Origin: a virus
Lineage: Duplodnaviria > Caudoviricetes
Length of the DNA: 64,000 nucleotides
Direction: 5' to 3' (one strand)
Virus record (IMG/VR): IMGVR_UViG_3300020508_000005
Coordinates: 30,130 to 94,129 of that record
In this document: one piece after another, positions 47,884-58,093 of the stretch
How positions within the stretch are numbered: the first letter of the stretch is position 1
How the letters are laid out: every line of letters begins with the position of its first letter
Program-made: the position numbers and the translations under genes
The notes under the pieces: model-generated
Database searches by the model: none
What the model was told of the DNA's origin: nothing
What the model saw: only the letters and a program-made list of their open reading frames with translations

Positions 47884-48129
47884 ATGAATTTTCCAACTTT
47901 TCAACAATGGGTAACAATTAAAGAAGCAAAATCAGAAGAGGAGAAACAAGCTTACAATGATTTTATTTCAGGAAAATCCAATAAACTTGTTTTAAAAAGC
48001 TCTTTAACCAATGTGGCTCGTGGTCATCAGGGTCACCAAACCGGAAGTGGTGCTCACGATAGCAGACCTAGTCGTGAAAGAACTCGACAAGGCCAACAAA
48101 AAAGATGGAAAAAGGATCAGCTAGATTGA
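47884..48129 (+). CDS. Small basic protein, possibly virion-internal
   Basis: AGGAG RBS; FPTFQQWVTIKEA. Confidence 0.6.
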   Translation: MNFPTFQQWVTIKEAKSEEEKQAYNDFISGKSNKLVLKSSLTNVARGHQGHQTGSGAHDSRPSRERTRQGQQKRWKKDQLD

Positions 48130-48168
48130 TTTAACTACGTGATGTAAAAAATGTTTTATGTCATCACA

Positions 48169-48702
48169 TCAAAAGCCTTCTTCGGCCCAATTAATTCCTC
48201 GACTTATATTTACAATTTTGGAAGTGATTAATGGTATGTTCATGGACCTAAACCTTTCTCTCCAATTAGGTCCAAATTTACCTTCCATTCGCTGTTGAGC
48301 CATGGCAATTTTTTCATTTTGGGTCATTCGTGCAGTCTGCATGCGGTCAGGCAGAGGGCCTGATATTCCGTATAAAACCATAACCTCATCATTGATCAAT
48401 CCTTTTTGGTGCAACCGATTAAGCTTAAGAGAAAGATCGGTTTCCTTTTTGTTGTGTCGTGCAACAATCTCCTCATTTCTCAGCCTCTGAGTTCGATCAT
48501 CTGACCAATTTTTATAAATATCATAAATGGCACGGACGCCATCATCAAGATCTTTTCGTTCTTTACGACCTAGCAATGCCTCGCCTACCAATTTGCTTTC
48601 TTCTGAATCCATCTTAGCAAGATATAAATCAGCTTCTTGGTCAGAGATATCGGGATATCTGGTAAACATGGTCAAAATCGTGGCATCATTATTTGAAATC
48701 AA
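48169..48702 (-). CDS. Hypothetical protein ending NWAEEGF
   Basis: TTG start after GGAGG, coupled to upstream gene. Confidence 0.6.
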   Translation of the reverse strand: MISNNDATILTMFTRYPDISDQEADLYLAKMDSEESKLVGEALLGRKERKDLDDGVRAIYDIYKNWSDDRTQRLRNEEIVARHNKKETDLSLKLNRLHQKGLINDEVMVLYGISGPLPDRMQTARMTQNEKIAMAQQRMEGKFGPNWRERFRSMNIPLITSKIVNISRGINWAEEGF

Positions 48703-49073
48703 AATCCCTCCTTATTCCAATTTTTTTTCAAATCTAATTTATTATCGGATTGAAATTGATATGAAACTAAAACTAAAAAATTATCTAAGTTAGAATCGTT
48801 TTCCCAATTTAATATTATGCTTTTATTGATTGAATTGTACCAGCTATCTAATATTTTATTTTTAGATGCTAACAATTTTTTTCCAAGAAATTTTATCATG
48901 TCGTTTTGTTCTACTTTAAATCTAGTGTAAATTTTTTGATTTTGAATATCCCAAATTATCCCAACTATAAAGTTTTCAGGCTTATTTGAGAGATAACCAT
49001 AAAGAGTTCTATGCATGCCTTGTATTGGCACCCCTCCAATAATTGGAATTGCTTCATTATAAATTGTGGCCAT
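48699..49073 (-). CDS. Hypothetical protein ending NWNKEGF
   Basis: AAGGGA RBS, intact ORF. Confidence 0.6.
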   Translation of the reverse strand: MATIYNEAIPIIGGVPIQGMHRTLYGYLSNKPENFIVGIIWDIQNQKIYTRFKVEQNDMIKFLGKKLLASKNKILDSWYNSINKSIILNWENDSNLDNFLVLVSYQFQSDNKLDLKKNWNKEGF

Positions 49074-49144
49074 GTTTGATTCCCTTACATATTAATTGTC
49101 ATCTTAACAATTATTCATAAATCATTCAAACATGGGGAGTTTTT

Positions 49145-49330
49145 ATGCTACAGACCGGAGACTACTACTTAGAAAATGGCAAGTATGTACTGACTGAATC
49201 TTATCTCGCTAGGAGGGGTTTTTGTTGCAAAAACGGATGCCGACATTGTCCATACATATCAAAAGCAAGTAGCATAAATAAGACGGAGAATAATGATGAC
49301 AGCAAACTTAGAAGAGATGAAAAAAATTAG
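49145..49330 (+). CDS. DUF5522-like Cys-rich small protein
   Basis: DYY.ENG..V.TE.YL..RG.CC.NGCRHCPY. Confidence 0.75.
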   Translation: MLQTGDYYLENGKYVLTESYLARRGFCCKNGCRHCPYISKASSINKTENNDDSKLRRDEKN

Positions 49331-50222
49331 CCGTATGGCCTTGGTCAAGGAATTAGTTGAAAAAACTAAAAACTGTGGGCTTATTTGGCACCAATTGTCT
49401 GCTACACAACATCATGTAAAATATCTCGATTATGATTTTTATGCCGCTAGAACTAGTCAAAAAGTATATACCTTAGATGTCCTCAAAGACGGTAAATTCT
49501 ACCGTAGTTACAATTCAATTTTTCAAGAAGAAGTAGAAAATCTATTTATTGAAATAGAATTATCCTACGGTGACAGCAATATTGATAAATACAAAAAAAT
49601 TGGCAATTTTTTAGGCAGATTAAACGGTTGTGGGAATATCACAAAAAACACTTACAATATTTCTGTTGTTGGATTTGGTGTTTTTATTAGTGGCACTTCT
49701 ACTGTTGAACAACTACGTCCTATAAACCCTTCAATCGAACTTGAACCTTTGGCTCTTACTTTTGGTCCATCGCAATATGCTTGGGTTGGAGAGCTTGCTG
49801 ACATTACAACAAACGACAATACCACTTATATCACACAAAAGATATCTGGAGAATTCCCAACAAATTGGGGTTATGCTTTCTTAGAATTTAATACTACCCC
49901 TGTATTAAATTTATTACCACCTTACGCTACTCGCATTCAAATATCGCATCGTAGAGAATTAAACGGAGGAGTCTTTCTAAATATTGACTTACTAATTAAT
50001 GGAGCTATTGTTTTTAGCAAAACTGATGATGAAAGTTTTGAAAGCTCAACTTCTTTTGTGCTTGAAGACACGGGTTTGCAAATGACAGCAGATGGTCCGA
50101 CTTACATCGATTCAATAATTTTAAGAATGTACATGTTCACAAACACTGGTAATTTAGACACAAGAACAATTCAAATCGATTATGCAAGCGTAACCATGCA
50201 GGGATTTGAACTAGTCAGTTAA
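49293..50222 (+). CDS. Hypothetical protein with beta-rich C-terminal domain, possibly structural
   Basis: Preceded by CATAAATA and GGAG. Confidence 0.55.
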   Translation: MMTANLEEMKKISRMALVKELVEKTKNCGLIWHQLSATQHHVKYLDYDFYAARTSQKVYTLDVLKDGKFYRSYNSIFQEEVENLFIEIELSYGDSNIDKYKKIGNFLGRLNGCGNITKNTYNISVVGFGVFISGTSTVEQLRPINPSIELEPLALTFGPSQYAWVGELADITTNDNTTYITQKISGEFPTNWGYAFLEFNTTPVLNLLPPYATRIQISHRRELNGGVFLNIDLLINGAIVFSKTDDESFESSTSFVLEDTGLQMTADGPTYIDSIILRMYMFTNTGNLDTRTIQIDYASVTMQGFELVS

Positions 50223-51324
50223 TGTTAAGAGTATCGCAAAATGTTTCGCCTAATTGGATGATCTCATTGGCTCCTTGAAGCTCATCAATCATCCACCTGT
50301 TTTTTGCATTTTCAAAAAACTCAATTCCATGCAAAGCCCCAAAAAGTTCTCCAACAATTTTAGCATTTGTATCAGTGTCGCCTCCGGCGTTAACTGTATC
50401 GATAACTGATTCAAAGCTCCAAGGATCACGCAAAAACATTGCATAACTGACTGGTAAGGAATCATACACATAGCAAGATCCTTGACCATATAATTCGTAA
50501 ATAATAGATGTATTTCTCTCAGGTGTTTTAGATTTTGACAATTTTTCCATATAGCTTGTAATTCTTTCCTCCAAAGAATCTTCTGTTGCCACTAGGTGCG
50601 AAGCATCCCAACTAAAATTGCCAGCCGTATCATTTTGTTTGAAACGATAAACATCAAGAAAGGTTTTTGCAAATTTTGCGTGATTAAAATTCTGCGGCCT
50701 TGTTTGAAGTGCGTAGTATAATGCCGAGCAATGAATTACACCTGATTCTGCTGCCATTTGGGTGTAGTGAGTAATAGCAGAATAATTGACTACCTCTTGG
50801 AAAAACCTAAAATTATCCCCCCAGAGTTTTAGATCTCTCAACAGCATAAGGACAGCTAAAGGAGAGCACTTCATAGGAACTCCATTTCCTGTGCCTCGAT
50901 GAAGATTATCGGTTTTGCCGCTTTCTCTCCAATTTAATCCTTCGTTTAATCTTTCAACTGCCTCTACTGTGCTTTTACCCCAACCAGAAATAGATTTTTG
51001 CATAGCCAACACATGGGCTTTTGCAATTTCATCCAAATAAGGGCTAAAACATCTTGATTCAACAGACAAATCATGACCTTGAATAATTCCATTCAAGGTT
51101 GCTAAAGTCAACTGTGTATCGTCAGTGGTTGATCCAGCGACCATGAATGTTTTTGAACTACACTGTGGGTCTGCTGTAAACCATTTGTGATCTATAGGGT
51201 TGCAATAATTTTTGACGCGTCCATGAGTATTTTCAATTTGTTTTGGAGTCCAAGTCTCAACAGGCATGCCCAAAGCATCACCAACTGCTCCACCAATTAA
51301 CATTCCTAAAACTTTGCTTCGCAT
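50215..51324 (-). CDS. ADP-ribosylglycohydrolase (DraG/ARH family)
   Basis: GAVGDALGMPVE, TTDDTQ, GNG..M, TH, GGDTDT. Confidence 0.92.
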   Translation of the reverse strand: MRSKVLGMLIGGAVGDALGMPVETWTPKQIENTHGRVKNYCNPIDHKWFTADPQCSSKTFMVAGSTTDDTQLTLATLNGIIQGHDLSVESRCFSPYLDEIAKAHVLAMQKSISGWGKSTVEAVERLNEGLNWRESGKTDNLHRGTGNGVPMKCSPLAVLMLLRDLKLWGDNFRFFQEVVNYSAITHYTQMAAESGVIHCSALYYALQTRPQNFNHAKFAKTFLDVYRFKQNDTAGNFSWDASHLVATEDSLEERITSYMEKLSKSKTPERNTSIIYELYGQGSCYVYDSLPVSYAMFLRDPWSFESVIDTVNAGGDTDTNAKIVGELFGALHGIEFFENAKNRWMIDELQGANEIIQLGETFCDTLNIN

Positions 51325-51339
51325 GTTTTTTGCCTGTTT

Positions 51340-51370
51340 AAAAAAACAGACCACCCAAATAGGTGGTCTG
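51340..51370 (-). terminator. Intrinsic terminator after secreted-protein gene
   Basis: CAGACCACC-CAAATA-GGTGGTCTG with A-run (U tract on minus strand). Confidence 0.6.
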
Positions 51371-51393
51371 CTGTATTGCAATATATTTGATTA

Positions 51394-51723
51394 CTACCGA
51401 TAACGACGGCAGCAATACCACATTCCATTGCTGTAAGCAAATCCAACCTCGTGGTCAGACATGCCGCTTCGAGAATAGCAGCAGCGATCATAGGCTTCTT
51501 GCTTAGTAGAAGCCACACCAACGCCTTCATAGCCATTGTAATTGCTAGAGTGCAACAAAGTGCGTGAATTGGCCATCATGTTGGCGACATCTTGAGCAGT
51601 CGTTGCAGCAACTCGCCCAATCGAATTGCTCGCAACTACTCTTCGACCCCAATTCCTAGCTGCAAAAACGGGTGTGGAAAAACAAGTAACTGCCACAACG
51701 GCAAAAACAATCCTTCGAAGCAT
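51394..51723 (-). CDS. Small secreted Cys-containing protein
   Basis: Signal peptide MLRRIVFAVVAV..VFA; YEGVG, CCY, WYCCRRYR. Confidence 0.7.
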   Translation of the reverse strand: MLRRIVFAVVAVTCFSTPVFAARNWGRRVVASNSIGRVAATTAQDVANMMANSRTLLHSSNYNGYEGVGVASTKQEAYDRCCYSRSGMSDHEVGFAYSNGMWYCCRRYR

Positions 51724-51799
51724 AGCTTCCTCCTTACAGTAAAAAATCTTACGGCCACCTTGGCCAACAAATTTAATCTACGCCAAGTTGTATCAACGG

Positions 51800-52516
51800 T
51801 CAAGATGAGTGCTTGGATTTAATCTCAATATTTGACAATGAAATATTCACTCCGCGTAAAATAGAAAATTTATTATGGTCCTCTAATTCTAGAATCAAAA
51901 AGTCAATTGACTCTAAGTTTAGACCCACATTATTCTTACGCAAAAAGTGCCACTGTGTAATTTCTTTTTCAGAACAAATAGCTATTTTTTCTGATTTTTG
52001 AGATCTAACGGTATGGCGAGCCACATACCGTAAGTCATCGATAGAATTAATCGCTCGCGTATATTTTCTTGCAGAGAGCAAAGGATCTCCAAATTCATCC
52101 GTATCTAAAAAATACTCACCGCTGTCTTGGTGCACTTGATTTTCAATGTCTTTTGTCCAAGATTTTTCTTGCAACAAATATAACAACAAAGCTTCCGGCT
52201 TTTCCGATTTTGATTGCAAGCGAAGCCGCAAATTAATTTCTTGTTGCAGAACGGGACAATTTCCTTTCAAATAACAATCGACGTGATCAACACGATCCTC
52301 ACATAAGCGAAGACTTGTAGCTACAACTTCCATGTTCACATCCTGCAAATCTAATTCACCGGCGAATTGCAGTACATCACCCAATTTCGGTCCTAAAGTG
52401 ATTGCTTGATGTTGATCGCAAATTATTCCTTGAAATTTTGTTTCGCAACTCACTGAAAAAGCCTTACTACGAGTTCCAAATAAGATGACCACAAGGGTGG
52501 TAGGTCGCGTGAACAT
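51800..52516 (-). CDS. Hypothetical protein
   Basis: Intact ORF. Confidence 0.55.
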   Translation of the reverse strand: MFTRPTTLVVILFGTRSKAFSVSCETKFQGIICDQHQAITLGPKLGDVLQFAGELDLQDVNMEVVATSLRLCEDRVDHVDCYLKGNCPVLQQEINLRLRLQSKSEKPEALLLYLLQEKSWTKDIENQVHQDSGEYFLDTDEFGDPLLSARKYTRAINSIDDLRYVARHTVRSQKSEKIAICSEKEITQWHFLRKNNVGLNLESIDFLILELEDHNKFSILRGVNISLSNIEIKSKHSS

Positions 52517-52678
52517 TTAAATGTAGGAGCGGAAATTTATTTGGTCAACACTAACTTCGGAAAAATTGAAATTAAATTACCTTGGAATATTAAGTCAAAC
52601 ACTCTTAACTGCGATTTTTGTTTGCAATTTATGGCCACTTTGATGTATAATTGAATAATTACCTAAGGACTCAATTAT

Positions 52679-54124
52679 ATGGCTGATACTTTTCTCCAAA
52701 TCGAAAATACCAATAGTCGGTTAATTACGACCGATCAGGGTTTAAAAGATTTTTTGACCGAAAAGTTACGTTTTAGGCCAAAAAATTACTGGCATAGTGC
52801 GGCCTATAAAAACAATAAATGGGATGGATGGAAATATTTTTATAATGCTAAAAATGGATCTTTTTTGACAGGCATTTTGCCAGAAGTTAAACTTGTTTTA
52901 AATAAGCTTAAGAAAGATTTTGTCGTTGTTGATAAGCGTGCAGAATTCCAATGGGCACACACTCACATTGATCAAAATTTTTTAAGACCTTGGTGGCCTA
53001 GCGGAACTGCACAATTCCAATTGCATGACTATCAGCCAGATTTGGTTAATCAGTGCATTAAATATAATCGTGGAATCGTCCAAGCTCCGACAGGGGCTGG
53101 TAAAACTTTTATCCTAATCAGTCTATTGAAATGCTTGCCTCCAAAAACTCCTGTATTGTTCTTAACGAAAAATGCACAACTAGTTCATCAAAACTGGGAA
53201 GAAATGAAACTGTGGGGAGTCGAAAATTTGGGTCGTTGGTACGACAAATACAAAGAGCCAAATTATGTCATGTGTGTCACAAATCACGTTAATACATTTG
53301 AATCGATACACAAATTGCTTCCAAAGTTTAAAGTTTTGATTGTAGACGAAGTACACGATTGTATGTCTGATGTGCCTGTGTCGGCTTACAAAAAAATGAA
53401 AAATGCTAGCGTCCGAATAGGCATCAGTGCAACTGCATTCAAATGGGACAAAAAAAAGATAGACAACGTGCACAAATGGAACTTAAAAGGATATTTTGGG
53501 CCTATTTTTAAAACGACAACTACTGCAAGTGGGTCTTTGACAACAAAAGAATTGCAAGATCGAGGGATTTTATCTCAAAGTGATTGTTACTTTTATCCAG
53601 TCACCAAACCAGATCTAAGATACGAGCCGTTTCAAGATGCTGTCAAATTAGGAATTGAACAAAACTTTCACTTTCATGAAATGGTTAGAGATTTGGTGGT
53701 CAAATCATGTCCGGGAAGGACATTGATTGTGGTGGAGAGAATTGAGCAAGGCCAATATTTAAATCAACTCATTCCTGATTCAAGCTTCATTCAAGGGAAA
53801 AATAAGTTGAATGAGCGTGAGCCTATTATGAATTCGCTTCGTATAGGAGAAAGATCAGTTGCGATTGTCATGAGACAGATTATAACTGCTGGTATCAACG
53901 TCAAAATTCACGATCTAATCAATGCCGCAGGCGGCGAAGGGGCTCATAATGTGACGCAGTTAATAGGCCGTGGATTGCGTACCGCAAACGATAAAGAAAA
54001 ATTACGATATCATGACTTTCACTTCCTAAATAATGACTACCTACGTAAACACTCTGAATGGAGACAAGAAGTGTTGATGAAACTAGGCCACAATGTAGTC
54101 GTTAAAGAAACTTTTGAGTTGTAA
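52679..54124 (+). CDS. uvsW: SF2 DNA helicase, UvsW-like
   Basis: WDG, LHDYQ, APTGAGKT, VDEVH, SAT, QLIGRGLR. Confidence 0.88.
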   Translation: MADTFLQIENTNSRLITTDQGLKDFLTEKLRFRPKNYWHSAAYKNNKWDGWKYFYNAKNGSFLTGILPEVKLVLNKLKKDFVVVDKRAEFQWAHTHIDQNFLRPWWPSGTAQFQLHDYQPDLVNQCIKYNRGIVQAPTGAGKTFILISLLKCLPPKTPVLFLTKNAQLVHQNWEEMKLWGVENLGRWYDKYKEPNYVMCVTNHVNTFESIHKLLPKFKVLIVDEVHDCMSDVPVSAYKKMKNASVRIGISATAFKWDKKKIDNVHKWNLKGYFGPIFKTTTTASGSLTTKELQDRGILSQSDCYFYPVTKPDLRYEPFQDAVKLGIEQNFHFHEMVRDLVVKSCPGRTLIVVERIEQGQYLNQLIPDSSFIQGKNKLNEREPIMNSLRIGERSVAIVMRQIITAGINVKIHDLINAAGGEGAHNVTQLIGRGLRTANDKEKLRYHDFHFLNNDYLRKHSEWRQEVLMKLGHNVVVKETFEL

Positions 54125-54129
54125 ATGAT

Positions 54130-54912
54130 ATGATCTTCGAAAACTACCTGATTCAAGCACCTGATGGAGTAAATCTAAGTCGATGCGGTGCCAAGAAACT
54201 TCGTTGGTATTTAAACAATAACCTTGCTGATATTGTTTCTGAGAATCCACCAACTATTAGGCTACGATTCGAACCCAGAGGCAGAGATGGAATCAATGAC
54301 CCATATCTACTTGATGGGAAGCCTAATGTTTGTGTGGTTTGTGGATTAGATGAAAATTTAACAAGACATCACATAATACCATATTGTTTTATCAAGCATA
54401 TGGATTTGGAATACAAAGTAGATATCATAAGAGATATTTTTCCACTATGTCGCCCCTGTCATAATCAATATGAGAAATTTTCGCACGACAAAAGAATTGA
54501 ACTTTTACAACGGTTTGGAATTTGCTTAGATGAAGAAAAAAATCTTCGATCTAAATTCAGAAATGCTAGTGGTGCGGCCAAAACAATCTTGAAACAAGCA
54601 GAAAAAATACCACCGGAACGTAAAGAAAAGCTTATTCAAGTCATAAGCGAATTTTTAAATAAATCTGAAATATCTAAAGAGGATTTGCAGCATCTTACAA
54701 ATCCTGCATGTGATCCTAATCCAAATATTTCAGAGCTAGTTGCAAAACAAATTACTGACTACAATGAATTCGCTAAAGAGTGGAGAACCCACTTCGTGAA
54801 TACTATGGCTCCAAAGTTTATGCCTGATAATTGGCGTATTGATCGAAAAACAGAACATGTTTGGATACCAAGACACTTATTGAGCCAAAACACTAAGTGC
54901 AAAAAGAACTAG
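54130..54912 (+). CDS. HNH-like nuclease resembling the EXD2 C-terminal domain
   Basis: APDG..L..C..KK.RWYL, IRLRFEP.G, CVVCG...LTRHHIIP, LC..CH. Confidence 0.7.
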   Translation: MIFENYLIQAPDGVNLSRCGAKKLRWYLNNNLADIVSENPPTIRLRFEPRGRDGINDPYLLDGKPNVCVVCGLDENLTRHHIIPYCFIKHMDLEYKVDIIRDIFPLCRPCHNQYEKFSHDKRIELLQRFGICLDEEKNLRSKFRNASGAAKTILKQAEKIPPERKEKLIQVISEFLNKSEISKEDLQHLTNPACDPNPNISELVAKQITDYNEFAKEWRTHFVNTMAPKFMPDNWRIDRKTEHVWIPRHLLSQNTKCKKN

Positions 54913-55175
54913 AAGCCTTCTTGTTTCCAACAAACTTTTAAAATTTTTTTGATGTTTTTTGAATTGTTGTCTTGAATACGATTTATTTCATCTTCAAGAT
55001 CTGCTATGGGACTATAAAGCCTTATCATCTCATTAATCTCTCTGTTACATTCTATCCTACGCTCTGCTTCATACAAAATTTCATATAAAACCAATTTATT
55101 AAAAACATAGAAATGAATCAATACATAAAAAAGTATTGCTCCTATTAAAGTCAAATGCAAAAATACTATTGACAT
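54909..55175 (-). CDS. Small membrane-anchored protein ending CWKQEGF
   Basis: N-terminal hydrophobic helix. Confidence 0.55.
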   Translation of the reverse strand: MSIVFLHLTLIGAILFYVLIHFYVFNKLVLYEILYEAERRIECNREINEMIRLYSPIADLEDEINRIQDNNSKNIKKILKVCWKQEGF

Positions 55176-55177
55176 CT

Positions 55178-56155
55178 TTATGCCTTAAAAAACACGTCTG
55201 GATGTAAATATTTAAATCCACATCTTTCAGCAAAGGTTTTGTCACTTGTTGCATCGCCAACCATAATGCATTGCGATGGATCAAGCTTATATTTCTCAAT
55301 CCAATAAGCTCCCATGCCCGGTGCTGGCTTGCGACAGTAGCATGAAACAGGTGGAACTTTGTGAGGGCAATATAGATACTCAACCTTGATGCCAAGTTGC
55401 TTGTTGGTCTCTTCAAAACAAGCAATGCAATCTGATTCAGCTAATCCTTTAGCTATGGCGGATTGATTAGATGCCCCAAGGAGCAAGTATCCATTTGCAG
55501 AATATTTTTTAAGAACCTCAGTTCTGTTAGGCAGCACCTTTACATGCTCTGGTTTTTCTGGCCACTCTTTTGGACCCGTACTTGTTCGCAAGGTATCATC
55601 AAAGTCCAAAATTAATGCTTTGTTTTTGTATTCACTAGGCCATCTACGAACAAAAGGCGTCTCTATTACTTCAGAGAACCCTTCAGCTACAGTAGGGATT
55701 TGCTTTCCTTGATGCTTTAATGTTTTGTCATCACCTTCAAATTTTTTTCTAGCTCCATACAAAGCAATAGGAGGAAACAAATTAGGGTCTTTGCTTTTTT
55801 TCAATTCCTCAGGACTTAAAATTTTACCCGTCTGTCGAACCATCCGAATGCAAGCATTGAATTGAGCATCCTCAAATGATGTTTTTAACCAAATACATCG
55901 TATAGGTATGTTTAATTCTTTGGCCAAAGAAATAATAGATTCACGACTTTCAATTGTGATGTACGTATTGTCCAAAACAATCTTATGTGATCCATTGTTG
56001 TAAGCACTTCTTGCTAGAGCAACTTGACCATCTAAAGTTCCACCAGTCAAATCACGATTGATTCGATGATATCCTTGCTTTAAAAAATCGTTTACTAACG
56101 TTGATTTTCCAGCAGCCAAATAACCCATAACAAGGACAATTTCTTTTTGCGACAT
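55178..56155 (-). CDS. Polynucleotide kinase/phosphatase-like (P-loop kinase + HAD IIIA)
   Basis: GYLAAGKST, NRD, LDNT; DFDDTL, SNQS, CRKP..GM, MVGD..SD. Confidence 0.85.
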   Translation of the reverse strand: MSQKEIVLVMGYLAAGKSTLVNDFLKQGYHRINRDLTGGTLDGQVALARSAYNNGSHKIVLDNTYITIESRESIISLAKELNIPIRCIWLKTSFEDAQFNACIRMVRQTGKILSPEELKKSKDPNLFPPIALYGARKKFEGDDKTLKHQGKQIPTVAEGFSEVIETPFVRRWPSEYKNKALILDFDDTLRTSTGPKEWPEKPEHVKVLPNRTEVLKKYSANGYLLLGASNQSAIAKGLAESDCIACFEETNKQLGIKVEYLYCPHKVPPVSCYCRKPAPGMGAYWIEKYKLDPSQCIMVGDATSDKTFAERCGFKYLHPDVFFKA

Positions 56156-56272
56156 GATTCAATTTGTCTTTCTAATTTTATCAGTGTAAGCTCAGGACAA
56201 TTACCAAAATTTTCAAAAACCCTTGGCTACAAGCAATTTTTTTTGCTTTTTCTAGGAAGCTTAACTTTCATA

Positions 56273-56812
56273 TTAGTCATCTTCGCTTGCAGGTACTACA
56301 TTTTGAATCTGACGTAGAGTTTTTATATAAAGATGAGAATGCAAAGCAACAAGAGCAAGATTTGCCGCTTCTATCATTCGGTTTTCTCGACCCGTAGTAG
56401 CAAGAGTTAAAGAGTTTTGATTTATTATTTTCAAATCTCCTTCTTCGTTGCGGAAAATAATTGCGATGTGTATAACTCCATCCTTATTTTTTGGAGCATC
56501 AGGCCCCAGATGGCCAACAACTCCTAAGCTCCATTTGGCTTCAGGGGCATTCTTTAACACGCCTTTTGCAATCTGCGTTGCAACTTGAATGCTTTCAGTT
56601 GTATGATTCTTGATTGTGTTTTTTTTAACCCCCAGCCATCTCCTTTTCAAATCAGCACGATACACAACGGCTGAACCACACAAAGACTTACTTACACCGG
56701 GAACCCTACCAAGTGATGAAGCAATCAGGCCGCAGGTGCAACTCTCTGCTAGCACCAATTTGTGCCCAAGTTTTTGCAGTAACGCGACAATTTCTGGAGA
56801 TCGATCTTTCAT
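56273..56812 (-). CDS. pncC: CinA/PncC family NMN deamidase
   Basis: LAESCTCGLIA...VPGVS...GSAVVY...K...LGV, G..GP. Confidence 0.8.
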   Translation of the reverse strand: MKDRSPEIVALLQKLGHKLVLAESCTCGLIASSLGRVPGVSKSLCGSAVVYRADLKRRWLGVKKNTIKNHTTESIQVATQIAKGVLKNAPEAKWSLGVVGHLGPDAPKNKDGVIHIAIIFRNEEGDLKIINQNSLTLATTGRENRMIEAANLALVALHSHLYIKTLRQIQNVVPASEDD

Positions 56813-56928
56813 GCGAGCACTTTTGTATGAGAGTGTAAGTAAAATGGCAAGTAAACACCATATAAGTGTACTTTAAATGCTGAAAAGGTCTAGCACATTT
56901 CAGCCTCAACTGCAAAATCTACGTTGTT

Positions 56929-57516
56929 TTACTCGAATTTCTTGATTTTCAATAAGGAAACAAGTGTTTCTTCATTGAAAACCCCAAGTTTTACATTCGA
57001 AACTTGCAATGAAGCTAAAAGCGTTTCGGGTTTGATCGACATTTCTAACCCTAAATCAAAAAAACATTCCATCAAATAAGTTTGACTTTTTCTAAAACTT
57101 CCTGAATAAGTTTCCTCGGAGTTACCTGCAACATTCAAAACTTCGATATTGTGATTTTTGATCCAGTCAACCAAAAAAGCAAGAGGCGGCAGGTCAGTTA
57201 GATCTATGTCAATGTGAGGTTTTTTATATTTTTTGATTGCTCTTAAAGTGCAATTTTCTCCACGCGATGTAAAAACTCCAGCCAATCTAACGGTGCCATC
57301 GCTCTCAAAAACATTTCGTTCAGTTCTGCTTGCATAATCATTGCTTGGATGTTCTTGACAACCAAATAAAACTGCCATATCTGGGCGAGGACCTTCTAAA
57401 GTCTTGAAGTTTTTGGGCATCCATCCGCCAGTTTTTAGTCCAAAATTTTTAGCAACTACTAAACCTGCTTGGTCAGCACCAGTTTGTCCTCCAGAAATTA
57501 CTTTTTTCAAACTCAT
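56929..57516 (-). CDS. SLOG-family (MoCo-carrier-like) protein
   Basis: ISGGQTGADQAGL, RTERNV..SDGT, LNVAGN. Confidence 0.85.
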   Translation of the reverse strand: MSLKKVISGGQTGADQAGLVVAKNFGLKTGGWMPKNFKTLEGPRPDMAVLFGCQEHPSNDYASRTERNVFESDGTVRLAGVFTSRGENCTLRAIKKYKKPHIDIDLTDLPPLAFLVDWIKNHNIEVLNVAGNSEETYSGSFRKSQTYLMECFFDLGLEMSIKPETLLASLQVSNVKLGVFNEETLVSLLKIKKFE

Positions 57517-57538
57517 ATGTGCTTCCATCAAGGCTTTA

Positions 57539-58093
57539 TCAGGCAGTACAACTTATACCTTCTATTGGCTTTGGATCAAAATCCGATCTCAAAATTCCCA
57601 AAACCTGACTGTCAAGATACTTGCCTTGCTTAAAAACGGCCTGTCTTTTTGTTCCCTCTATAGTATATCCTGCATGCAAAGCACATTTCAAGGACTTTTG
57701 ATTATTCGAAAGTATCTCACAATTCAAACGATTTAAGTTTAGGATGTTGAAACAAATGCTTGTGCCGCCAACAGCTAAGTTCTTTCCATAACCAACGCCT
57801 CTATGTTTTTTGTAAATGCCCCATGCTATATCAGCGGACCTGCTCACATAATCTATGCCTGTTACAAAAAACATACCAATAGGGACAAAAGAATTTAAGC
57901 AGGCGATCAGTAAAAGATCTTTTGGTTGTGTAATGTTTGATTGAAATTTTTGCAAGAATTGCTGTTGATCATGGATATTCAAAAAAGAAACATTATGAGT
58001 CATATCCCAACTTTCTTGTTTTAAAACAAACAAGTCTTGCAAGTCACTATCACAAATCTTACGAAATACTAAGCCATCTTCGATTTGAAACAT
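57539..58093 (-). CDS. GNAT acetyltransferase (RimJ/PseH-like)
   Basis: HRGVGYG, LNLNRL..EI...N..S, EG..RQA.FK.GKY.D. Confidence 0.85.
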   Translation of the reverse strand: MFQIEDGLVFRKICDSDLQDLFVLKQESWDMTHNVSFLNIHDQQQFLQKFQSNITQPKDLLLIACLNSFVPIGMFFVTGIDYVSRSADIAWGIYKKHRGVGYGKNLAVGGTSICFNILNLNRLNCEILSNNQKSLKCALHAGYTIEGTKRQAVFKQGKYLDSQVLGILRSDFDPKPIEGISCTA

